This document shows positions 9,738 through 17,992 of a stretch of DNA of 32,000 nt, piece after piece. The DNA comes from Trichodesmium erythraeum IMS101 (GTDB taxonomy: Bacteria; Cyanobacteriota; Cyanobacteriia; Cyanobacteriales; Microcoleaceae). Every line of letters begins with the position of its first letter. Position 1 is the stretch's first letter. The DNA is taken from contig NC_008312.1 in assembly GCF_000014265.1 (NCBI RefSeq), positions 7,020,001-7,052,000 on the forward strand, given 5' to 3'. Under the pieces are notes generated by a model that saw only the letters and a program-made list of their open reading frames with translations, had not been told where the DNA came from and did not search any database. A program made the translations under genes and the position numbers.

Positions 9738-10310
9738 TTTTCACTCTTATTGGCATATCTGATATCTAAGTTAATCTATTATTTGCTGAGTTGAGGTTTT
9801 CAGTCAAAAGTCAAATATTTAAAGTCAAAAGTTAATGAAAGGTTTCTCAGTTGGTTTCTGTTTATTGGTATTGTGGTTCTATGGTTTAGGTAATTTTGAA
9901 TAGGGAAGAATAATTTGAGGAAATTATTTTACATTTAAAGTTGGTAATTATTTGTGATATTTTTAAGGTAAATTGGTACAACTAAAGTTAATTGATTAAC
10001 CAAAGCGATCGCTGGAATTTATAAATAAATTGTAGAGCTTGACGGAAGTTCCTAAAGCTATTAACTCAGCACAAAGTTATCGACATAAAAGAGTAGTTTG
10101 TTCGCTTTATGTAAAATAGTAAACTGATTTAAAACATAAAAATTAGTATAAAATCTGTACCTTAGTTAAAAATTTATAATATAAAAATTATCTTCAATTA
10201 TTTTCATTAACCTGGATAAAAAGTCAAATTTTTAGTAAAATATTAAGTATCAATACTTACTAAATTCCTAACTGCTATTGACTACTATAATTTTCTCCTT
10301 AGTTTAGTTC

Positions 10311-10394
10311 TTAGTTTTTACTTTTTGCTTTTTAGTTCTTAGTTTTTACTTTTTACTTTTTAGCCCTTAGTTCTTACTTTTTAATTTTGACTTA
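10311..10394. repeat. Heptamer tandem array (12 units in strict 7-nt phase, consensus TTAsTTy), STRR-like
   Basis: The array reads TTAGTTT TTACTTT TTGCTTT TTAGTTC TTAGTTT TTACTTT TTACTTT TTAGCCC TTAGTTC TTACTTT TTAATTT TGACTTA. It lies 27 nt beyond the stop of the minus-strand amidohydrolase gene. Confidence 0.85.
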
Positions 10395-10420
10395 TTACCT
10401 AAAAAATAGTTAATAAATTA

Positions 10421-11758
10421 CTATCCGTAAAACAAGCTATCTAATTCAGAATAATCAGGTAAAGTTGTATCAATAACTAGACCATTTCTTAATACTACTC
10501 TATCATGCTGAGACCGTGATAAAAGTTCACTAAAATTCCGACCTTTAAATAGAATTAAATCTGCGGGTAATCCAACTTTAATTATTCCCACATTTGGCAA
10601 ACCAATTAAATCTCCAGGAGTCTTAGTAACAGCACAAGGCCAATCCCCATAAGGCATATCTAAATGAGCAATTCTCACTGACATATTAAAGACTTCTAAA
10701 ACATCATGGTCACCAAATCCAAAAAACGGGTCGCGACAATTATCACTGGCAATAGCAACTGAAATTCCCTGTTTTTTTAATTCATGTAATAAAGTCACAC
10801 CCCGCCATCTAGGAGTATAATTTTCTTGGCGATTTTGGAGATAAAGATTACACATTGGCAGACTAACAATACTAATACCAGCTTCCTTAACTAACTTAAT
10901 AGTTTCTGTTACTTTTTCAGGGGTTTGTACAGCTAAACTACAACAATGTCCGCAGATAATTTTGCCATAAAATTGATGACTAATTGCTTTCTCAGCAACT
11001 TTGTGTAAAACCCGGGAATTAGGGTCTCCATTTTCATCAGTATGTAAGTCTAAATCTAATTGACGTTCTTTGGCTATACTAAATAATCTATCTAATTGGT
11101 TATCTAAGTCTGAATTTATAAATGGAACCCCTCCTAATATCCCACCAATATCAGCAATTTGATCGGCTAATTTTTCTCCAGCTTCAGTAAGATAATAATC
11201 TCCAGTAACCAAAGAAACAGGTTGTAATATTAATCTACTTTCCCACTTTTTTTGTAATGTTTGAAATACTTCCAAACTAATATTTGCCTGTTGTGCAAAA
11301 CAGTCAAGATGAGTCCGAATAGCTTTTGTGCCATGAGCATAACTGCATTTCAGGCCAAATTCCATTCGACGGTAAATGTCTTCAGCATTCCAATATTTTT
11401 CCCCATCCCTAGCACCTGCATCTAAAGCGCCATTAAAACTACCATCTGGGTTAGGCGATCGCTCCCAAATATGGCCTTTATCTAAATGGGTATGCATATC
11501 TACAAAACATGGCCACACCATACCACCTTTGAGGTCAACTCTAGGAATGTCCCCATTGTTCAGAGAAGGCAAGTCGGCTAACGAGTGGACAATTTGTGTT
11601 ATGACTCCCTCTTTAATTTCTATATCTACTAAAGACAAACCAACTCTTGTTTGATCTGATATCTCTAATTCTCTTTCTATGAGACATGCAGGTACATGAG
11701 CATTTTTTAGCCAATAGTTAGAAGTCTCAGGCATGACTGAAAATTGTTGATGGTTCAT
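10421..11758 (-). CDS. cytosine-deaminase-like metal-dependent amidohydrolase
   Basis: It carries the HxH metal motif in VDMHTHLDKGHIWER, then DLDLHTDENGD, GHCCSL and IASDNCRDPFF. I place the start at ATG 11756-11758 (MNHQQF); ATG 11732-11734 is an alternative. The 57 codons upstream in the ORF track run through heptamer repeats and overlap the divergent gene. Confidence 0.8.
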   Translation of the reverse strand: MNHQQFSVMPETSNYWLKNAHVPACLIERELEISDQTRVGLSLVDIEIKEGVITQIVHSLADLPSLNNGDIPRVDLKGGMVWPCFVDMHTHLDKGHIWERSPNPDGSFNGALDAGARDGEKYWNAEDIYRRMEFGLKCSYAHGTKAIRTHLDCFAQQANISLEVFQTLQKKWESRLILQPVSLVTGDYYLTEAGEKLADQIADIGGILGGVPFINSDLDNQLDRLFSIAKERQLDLDLHTDENGDPNSRVLHKVAEKAISHQFYGKIICGHCCSLAVQTPEKVTETIKLVKEAGISIVSLPMCNLYLQNRQENYTPRWRGVTLLHELKKQGISVAIASDNCRDPFFGFGDHDVLEVFNMSVRIAHLDMPYGDWPCAVTKTPGDLIGLPNVGIIKVGLPADLILFKGRNFSELLSRSQHDRVVLRNGLVIDTTLPDYSELDSLFYG

Positions 11759-11876
11759 AAAATATATAGAGAATTTTGACTTTTGACCTTTTAATATTAA
11801 CTTTTGACGGCCCATAGGGCTATATCTACGTGGCACAATAATGTAGAGAAAATTATCGGTTAAAGGATTAAGTTCA

Positions 11877-12635
11877 ATGATAACTGAATCTAGATTACAA
11901 TCTGCATTAAAAAATGGCCAAGCTCTCAAAGTGATTAGTGGTTTGACTAATTTTGACAGAGATAGAGTCGCCGCAACGGTTAAAGCGGCAACTTTAGGTG
12001 GAGCAACCTTCCTTGATATTGCAGCGGATCCTAATTTAGTAGAGATGGCGCGGAGTTTAACTAACTTGCCTATCTGTGTCTCTGCTATTGAAGCTGCTAA
12101 ATTTGTGCCAGCAGTAAAAGCAGGTGCTGACTTAATTGAAATTGGTAACTATGAGGCATTCTACGCTCAAGGAATGCGCTTTGAGGCAGAAGAAGTTTTG
12201 CGGTTAACTCAAGAAACTCGCGATCTGTTACCTAATATTACTCTTTCTGTAACTGTTCCCCATATTTTAGAGCTAGATCGGCAAGTACAACTGGCTACTG
12301 AGTTAGTAAAAGCGGGTGCTGATATTATTCAAACTGAAGGTGCTGTCAGTGCTCAACCTATTCACCCTGGAACATTAGGTTTAATTGAAAAAGCTGCCCC
12401 TACTTTGGCAGCAGCTTATGAAATTTCTCGGGCTGTAGATATACCTGTATTGTGTGCTTCTGGTATTTCTAATGTGACTGCACCATTAGCTATTGCTGCT
12501 GGTGCTGCTGGCGTTGGTGTGGGTTCTGCTATTAACCGCCTGAATGATGAAGTAGCGATGATAGCGGCAGTTCGTAGTTTGGTGGAAGCTTTGGCAAATG
12601 TTAGTCATATAAAAGTGGGTTCAATGTCTATTTAA
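11877..12635 (+). CDS. ycf23: Ycf23-like/DUF561 TIM-barrel protein
   Basis: 252-aa ORF with LKVISGLTNFD, GGATFLDIAADPNLV, LPICVS, IEIGNYEAFY, LSVTVPH, ADIIQTEG, IEKAAPTLAAA, PVLCASGIS and AAGVGVGSAIN. This matches the conserved cyanobacterial/plastid Ycf23 pattern as I recall it. Confidence 0.7.
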   Translation: MITESRLQSALKNGQALKVISGLTNFDRDRVAATVKAATLGGATFLDIAADPNLVEMARSLTNLPICVSAIEAAKFVPAVKAGADLIEIGNYEAFYAQGMRFEAEEVLRLTQETRDLLPNITLSVTVPHILELDRQVQLATELVKAGADIIQTEGAVSAQPIHPGTLGLIEKAAPTLAAAYEISRAVDIPVLCASGISNVTAPLAIAAGAAGVGVGSAINRLNDEVAMIAAVRSLVEALANVSHIKVGSMSI

Positions 12636-12691
12636 TTAGCTTTACTTGGAGAGTTTTTAAGTTAATGAACCACGTTAAAAAGTGATAACTC

Positions 12692-12721
12692 AGTAGGGAT
12701 GTTCTATGGAACTTCCCTACT
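12692..12721 (+). terminator. Stem-loop downstream of the ycf23-like gene (8-bp stem AGTAGGGA/TCCCTACT, 14-nt loop)
   Basis: Perfect complementarity between 12692-12699 and 14 nt later at 12714-12721, 57 nt after the stop. There is no clear U-tract, so terminator function is uncertain. Confidence 0.3.
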
Positions 12722-13112
12722 TAAATGAAAACCCTTCATGGTACAGATTTAGGAACTACTTTTAACTTTTAACTTTATATTATGGTTAGGACGATTATAA
12801 ATGCTCAAACTGATTCAGGGACTACGTTTGATTTTTTTAACTGTACATATTTTTTTAGTTTGAAATAAAAATAGTTAACTTTTATTTAACTGTCAAGTCT
12901 TCTACACTAATAGACATTTCTGATTAGCCATAATACTTCTTCAGCAAACCCTAAGTGTTAATTTATAGAGGGTTTTTATCTCACGCTCGTTGCTTATTGT
13001 CAATCATCGACAAAATATAAAAATATTTATTAATAAATAAACATTTCCCTAGATTACAATATACGATTTGAGTAGTTTATTAGCCATAAAAATTTTTTTT
13101 AGGGAGACTATT

Positions 13113-16100
13113 GTGAGTGATATTTTAGGAGACTTTAGCAACTTTGAACAAGACTTGAGCAACCTAATATTAATTGGTGATAAGCAAGAAAATTTCGATG
13201 ATGGGCAGAGATGGACTAGTGGCATTGAGCCAACTGGGAATAATTCTAAACTAAAAGTCGAAGAATTCAATACAGGTGGCGATGAACCATCACAGCCCCT
13301 TCAGGGACAAAAATTCTTTGATTTAGGTGAACTTAACCATTTATCTGCCTCAAATTCTCCACCGGGGAAGAAAGACCCACTAGTAGGTGAGGACAATGAA
13401 GCAGTTGTCAAAAAAAGTGACAATTTAATAAATCCAAATCCAATTAACCGTCGAAGCGGTAACAGTAGGAATAGGGCTGATAATATTGGAACTCTCAGCA
13501 GCAGTAGTAGTTTCACTGGTTTTGTTGGAACAACAGATACCAACGACTATTATCGCTTTTATCTGAGTGGGGAAAGGGAGTTTAACCTCACTCTCAACGG
13601 CTTAAGCGGTGATGCGGACGTACGATTACTCAATAGTAGTGGTGGTACTATTAGTAGTTCTACCAAGGGTGGTAGTAGTTCCGAGAGCATCAGTGAAACT
13701 CTCAATTCGGGTACATATTATATTAGGGTTTATCCAATGAGTGGGGTGAATACTAATTACAATCTCAATATAGAAGCAACTTCATCTTCATCTGATGAAG
13801 AGGTAAATATTACTTCCCCAAGCAGCAGGACCAGTATTGAACCGGGAGAAAGGTATAATATTCGCTGGACCGACAACTTTAGGGATAATGTCAAACTGGA
13901 ATTGTACAAAGGAAGTTCCCGGCAACAAACAATTGCTCGTTCCACCTCCAGCGATGGCAGTTACTCTTGGAGGGCGCCCACATCTTTAAGCAGCGGTACT
14001 AATTACAGAATCAAGATTCGCAATGTGAACGATAGTAGTGTTTACGACTACAGTAGTTATTTCACTATTGAACCAGATGAACCAGATGGAGTGGTAAATA
14101 TTACTTCCCCAAGCAGCAGTACCAGTATTGAACCGGGAGAAAGGTATAATATTCGCTGGACCGACAACTTTAGGGATAATGTCAAACTGGAATTGTACAA
14201 AGGAAGTTCCCGGCAACAAACAATTGCTCGTTCCACCTCCAGCGATGGCAGTTACTCTTGGAGGGCGCCCACATCTTTAAGCAGCGGTACTAATTACAGA
14301 ATCAAGATTCGCAATGTGAACGATAGTAGTGTTTACGACTACAGTAGTTATTTCACTATTGAACCAGATGAACCAGATGAAAAGGTAAATATCACTTCCC
14401 CAAGCAGCAGTACCAGTATTGAACCGGGAGAAAGGTATAATATTCGCTGGACCGACAACTTTAGGGATAATGTCAAACTGGAATTGTACAAAGGAAGTTC
14501 CCGGCAACGAACAATTGCTCGTTCCACCTCCAGCGATGGCAGTTACTCTTGGAGGGCGCCCACATCTTTAAGCAGCGGTACTAATTACAGAATCAAGATT
14601 CGCAATGTGAACGATAGTAGTGTTTACGACTATAGTAGTTATTTCACTATTAAACCAGATGAAGAGGTAAATATTACTTCCCCAAGCAGCAGTACCAGTA
14701 TTGAACCGGGAGAAAGCTATACTATTCGCTGGACCGACAACTTCAGCGATAATGTCAAACTGGACTTGTACAAAGGCAGTTCCTGGCAACAAACAATTGC
14801 TAGTTCCACCTCCAGCGATGGCAGTTACTCTTGGAGGGTGCCTACATCTTTAAGCAGCGGTACTAATTACAATATCAAAATTCGCAATGTGAACGATAGT
14901 AGTGTTGACGACTACAGTAATAGTTTCACTATCCAAAGCACAACATGGCCTCCAAGCGTTACCAAGGATTTGAAAACCTATACTGGTCGAGAAGAGTACA
15001 GTGGCTATGTAGGCAACGATGACTACTACAAATTTTCTGTTGACTCCCCTGGATACCTACAATTTGCACTGCGGGGAATGAGTGCAGATGCTAACTTGCA
15101 ATTGTTGAATTCTAGCGGTAAAGTCTTAGAAAGTTCCAGCAAATCAGGCAATAGTGATGAATATGCAAATGAAAACCTCGGCATTGGCACTTATTATATG
15201 CGGGTATACGGCCATAATGGTGCCGATACCAACTATCGCTTAGTACTGAACCTCGACAAAGCAAAAAATGACAGGAGTAATGCTCGTTGGCTCGGTGAGC
15301 TAGCAGGACAGCGTAAAGAATACAAGGACTTTATAGGAACCAGCTCAGGGGATCAGTATGATTACTATAAATTTACTGTACAAGAACCTCGTTTCTTGGA
15401 ATATGCGCTTCGAGACTTGACAGCTCCTGCTGACATCGATATACTCAATTCCAGTGGCGCTCGAATTACTCCTAAAGAAAATGATAAAGATAATCATCGA
15501 TATAACCTGCACGAAACTATGGGGTTACAAGCTGGTACGTATTACGCGAGAGTTACGGCACCAACTGACTCTAGTCAGCAAACTAACTATAAATTAGTGC
15601 TGAATCTTAAAGGTGAGTATAAGCCCTTACACTCTAACCCAACAGAATCTAACCCCCTGAAGGGATTCCAATCTCCTGTCAGAGGTGAGAGATGGTATGT
15701 TTCACAGTCACCTGGTGGCAGTTATAGTCATACTGGCAATTTGCGTTACGCTATAGATATCAGTATTCCAGGCTGGGATGATTTTGGTGAACCAATATAT
15801 GCCATGCGTTCAGGAACTGTTAAAAAAGTGGTCGATGATCATCCAGATATCGCCGATTCTAAGCGAAATAACTTAGTGGAAATCCAACACGAAAATGGCT
15901 ATGTTGCTAGGTATTGGCATCTTCAGCAATATTCTAATTCAGATGCAGGGTTACAAGTCGGTCAAAAGGTGGATGCAGGTCAAATGATAGGTCGAGTAGG
16001 AAACTCTGGTTTCAGTACTGGTCCTCATTTGCATGTCGATGTTGTAGATTCTAGCTTGATAACAAGGCCATTTGAGATAGAAGGAATTTTTGATTACTAA
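13113..16100 (+). CDS. Multidomain M23 (LytM-type) metallopeptidase with three PPC-like modules and four tandem beta-sandwich-like repeats
   Basis: The ORF is open from 13068. GTG 13113 is preceded by AGGGAG (13101-13106) and is my preferred start. PPC-like blocks are DYYRF..GDADVRLLNSSG..GTYYIRVY..TNYNLNI, DDYYKF..ADANLQLLNSSG..GTYYMRVY..TNYRLVLNL and YDYYKF..ADIDILNSSG..GTYYARV..TNYKLVLNL. The M23 blocks are HTGNLRYAIDI, NGYVARYWHL and GNSGFSTGPHLHV. Confidence 0.85.
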   Translation: MSDILGDFSNFEQDLSNLILIGDKQENFDDGQRWTSGIEPTGNNSKLKVEEFNTGGDEPSQPLQGQKFFDLGELNHLSASNSPPGKKDPLVGEDNEAVVKKSDNLINPNPINRRSGNSRNRADNIGTLSSSSSFTGFVGTTDTNDYYRFYLSGEREFNLTLNGLSGDADVRLLNSSGGTISSSTKGGSSSESISETLNSGTYYIRVYPMSGVNTNYNLNIEATSSSSDEEVNITSPSSRTSIEPGERYNIRWTDNFRDNVKLELYKGSSRQQTIARSTSSDGSYSWRAPTSLSSGTNYRIKIRNVNDSSVYDYSSYFTIEPDEPDGVVNITSPSSSTSIEPGERYNIRWTDNFRDNVKLELYKGSSRQQTIARSTSSDGSYSWRAPTSLSSGTNYRIKIRNVNDSSVYDYSSYFTIEPDEPDEKVNITSPSSSTSIEPGERYNIRWTDNFRDNVKLELYKGSSRQRTIARSTSSDGSYSWRAPTSLSSGTNYRIKIRNVNDSSVYDYSSYFTIKPDEEVNITSPSSSTSIEPGESYTIRWTDNFSDNVKLDLYKGSSWQQTIASSTSSDGSYSWRVPTSLSSGTNYNIKIRNVNDSSVDDYSNSFTIQSTTWPPSVTKDLKTYTGREEYSGYVGNDDYYKFSVDSPGYLQFALRGMSADANLQLLNSSGKVLESSSKSGNSDEYANENLGIGTYYMRVYGHNGADTNYRLVLNLDKAKNDRSNARWLGELAGQRKEYKDFIGTSSGDQYDYYKFTVQEPRFLEYALRDLTAPADIDILNSSGARITPKENDKDNHRYNLHETMGLQAGTYYARVTAPTDSSQQTNYKLVLNLKGEYKPLHSNPTESNPLKGFQSPVRGERWYVSQSPGGSYSHTGNLRYAIDISIPGWDDFGEPIYAMRSGTVKKVVDDHPDIADSKRNNLVEIQHENGYVARYWHLQQYSNSDAGLQVGQKVDAGQMIGRVGNSGFSTGPHLHVDVVDSSLITRPFEIEGIFDY
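13802..14940 (+). repeat. Intragenic tandem repeat, periods 291, 291, 282 and about 275 bp (97/97/94/about 91 aa)
   Basis: The GGTAAAT landmarks fall at 13802, 14093, 14384 and 14666. Units 1 and 2 differ by one substitution outside the junction. Unit 3 differs from unit 2 at 4 positions. Unit 4 is clearly diverged. Confidence 0.95.
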
Positions 16101-16101
16101 A

Positions 16102-16259
16102 CTCGAAGATGACACTTTTGTCGGTCGAATTCCATGCTGCAAAGGTGTTGTCGCATTTGTCTCCACACTGCGCCATTGCGAGAACAGGTGATGACGATTC
16201 GATAAATTGAGGAAATTATTGCTCGTCCTATATCCCTTGATGAATGGTTGACTTTATAG
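16102..16259 (+). pseudogene. Possible remnant of a HicB-like/UPF0150 antitoxin, 5'-truncated and frame-broken
   Basis: LEDDTFVGRIPCCKGVVAFVSTLRHCENR* resembles the xGxFxAxxPxxPGCxAxGxTxEEAxxN core of that family. It starts 2 nt after the M23 stop without its own start codon. A second phase gives IEEIIARPISLDEWLTL*. Confidence 0.3.
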
Positions 16260-16430
16260 TTCCCCCAAAGCGATCGCTCTTCCCAAGCCAATCATGTTTA
16301 AGGAGCGATCGCCTTTTTCCCTCTTGGAGATTTATAGTTATTTTAATTTAGATTGAGACAAGTTTTTTATTGCTATAACTAAGTTTCAGCAGAAAAATTT
16401 TTCCCTTCTTATTTGAAATGACTATAGCAT

Positions 16431-16470
16431 TCATATCATATCCGGATGAACGAGGGTGATTATTCTTTCC
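16431..16470. repeat. Solo IS630-like terminal repeat remnant
   Basis: TCATATCATATCCGGATGAA matches the TIR TTATATCATGTCCGGATGAT of the element at 956-4179 at 18 of 20 positions. I found no partner repeat nearby. Confidence 0.5.
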
Positions 16471-16615
16471 CAAACCAAAAGTGATTTCCCCACTAACAAA
16501 CCATTCAGAGCCAAACCCTCATAACTCATTACTCACTTAATACAACTAAAGTTTTGACTACAAACAAGCGATCGCTATTTTATCTCCCAGAAAGCGATCG
16601 CCTAATTTTTATAAA

Positions 16616-16834
16616 TTAACTCCAAAGCTTTAAGTCTGCTTCGTACTCATTTTCCAGCCACAAAAATTGAGCCTCATCATAATTATCTTTCTTAAGGATG
16701 AGACCATAGCCTTCAGCAGGCTCAAACCTTCCGTCTGAAGTTCCGAGCCACAAAAACAGATACAGAAGAGAACAAGCAGGATCTATCCATACCTCCCTAA
16801 ATTGCAAAGTTTGATCAGCGATCACCTTTCTCAA
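16616..16834 (-). CDS. Orphan 72-codon ORF with a TTG start, no recognisable family
   Basis: Only the open frame supports it. It sits in a patch of gene remnants and may itself be a fragment. Confidence 0.2.
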   Translation of the reverse strand: MRKVIADQTLQFREVWIDPACSLLYLFLWLGTSDGRFEPAEGYGLILKKDNYDEAQFLWLENEYEADLKLWS

Positions 16835-17038
16835 ATATAGAAAAGCCCATCACTCTTTATTGTCAATCTTTATGATTGATTTTTCGTAATTATTTCAGAT
16901 ATTTCCACTATAATTAGTCCTTTTGCATAAGTCCTAATTAAAAAAAAAAATTTAATACCATAATTTAATAATCTTACCACAAAACTTTAACTTTTTTTTA
17001 TAAATCATTTATAAATCACTATTTATACACCACTATCC

Positions 17039-17899
17039 CTAATTCAACAACCGAATTTGAGCCAAAACAAATACAGCAGGAACCACACGACCATAATTTG
17101 TAGCGATCGCTCTCCAACCCAAATCAGCCAAAAACCAAGTCCACAACATCGGACCTAAAATCCCTAAAGCCGTCCGTAGCGCCCCATAACGAGCCGTACT
17201 AATAGCCATCCCTCGATTAGCCATTTGCATAGCGACATGACCTTGAAACTGAGTTACTCCTGCTGCTCCCCCCCTAACTAACGCTGCTTTTGCCATTTGA
17301 TATTTAGCAAAATGAATCGCGAATTGACGAGCTAACTGCTTCAGTAATATTGGCTTCAACACCGAAGTTACAGCACAAGCAATGCCACCTTTAAATAATA
17401 AACTTAGTGGATTATTTTGTATTAATTTTGGTAGAGGCTGAGGAAAGTTACACTGAGCCAGAGAACTTTGTATATTTTTCCTTAACACATTCCGTTCCGA
17501 TCTCGGCAAACGCTTCCAGGTTCTGCCTAAAACATTGAGAAATACCTCTGCTTCTAAATCTGTAGTCGAAAGTTTTTGAGAATAGGGAATCTTTAGATAA
17601 TCACATACCTTGATTAAAACCTGCCGATAAGTTACCTTCTGGGTCTTTCCCCGTAATACCGTCATACCATCCGCTGCCAGATAACGAAACCTCTGGTCTA
17701 ATGCATCTAACCAAACATGGCGATCGCGACTTTGTACATCTATTGGTAGAGGAGTCTGGAAATAATCCAAAGGATTGATCCCGCGCCCAAACAAAAGCTC
17801 TGTTAACTGCTGTAACTCCTCTTCTGTTGCCAATTCCAGTACTGCTCTTAGTTCATTCAATTTATTATGTCCTCCAGGCCTATAAAGCACTATGATCAT
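17039..17899 (-). CDS. YaaW-like (UPF0174) conserved protein
   Basis: 286-aa ORF. The pattern LELATEEELQQLTELLF ... LRGKTQKVTYRQVLIKVCDYLKIPYSQKLSTTDLEAEVFLNVLGRTWKRL ... NYGRVVPAVFVLAQIRLL parallels the E. coli YaaW layout as I recall it. Confidence 0.55.
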   Translation of the reverse strand: MIIVLYRPGGHNKLNELRAVLELATEEELQQLTELLFGRGINPLDYFQTPLPIDVQSRDRHVWLDALDQRFRYLAADGMTVLRGKTQKVTYRQVLIKVCDYLKIPYSQKLSTTDLEAEVFLNVLGRTWKRLPRSERNVLRKNIQSSLAQCNFPQPLPKLIQNNPLSLLFKGGIACAVTSVLKPILLKQLARQFAIHFAKYQMAKAALVRGGAAGVTQFQGHVAMQMANRGMAISTARYGALRTALGILGPMLWTWFLADLGWRAIATNYGRVVPAVFVLAQIRLLN

Positions 17900-17992
17900 A
17901 AGATTTTAAATAGGCCAATTACAAAATTAAGCTTATAAGCTTAAATGATTTATTATTATAACATAAAATATCTATTCTAATCTTAAAAATAT

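Noticed and set aside
11759-11929. 57-codon N-terminal extension of the amidohydrolase ORF, overlapping the divergent ycf23-like start
   Set aside because: The extension runs through TTTTGAC heptamer repeats, has no resemblance to the family and would overlap the neighbouring gene by 53 nt. Conserved sequence begins after the internal ATGs at 11758 and 11734.
12946-12977. Orphan terminator-like hairpin (AAACCCT / AGGGTTT followed by TT) in the spacer upstream of the M23 gene
   Set aside because: The loop is 16 nt, the stem is only 7 bp and AT-leaning, and no transcription unit that it would terminate is visible. This is too weak to call.
13986-14792. Three look-alike 74-77-codon ORFs on the minus strand (13986-14219, 14277-14507, 14568-14792)
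   Set aside because: They are antisense shadows of the near-identical repeats inside the M23 peptidase gene. Their similarity to each other only reflects the repeat, and the plus-strand frame has clear domain content.
8526-16100. Lysostaphin-like logic: a FemAB-like gene as an immunity factor for the M23 peptidase, with the SH3b protein at 27902-28252 as the targeting module
   Set aside because: The FemAB-like/DUF482 family is broadly conserved as a stand-alone gene. It is separated from the peptidase by two unrelated genes and lies on the opposite strand. The SH3b gene is 12 kb away. Nothing in the sequence links them.
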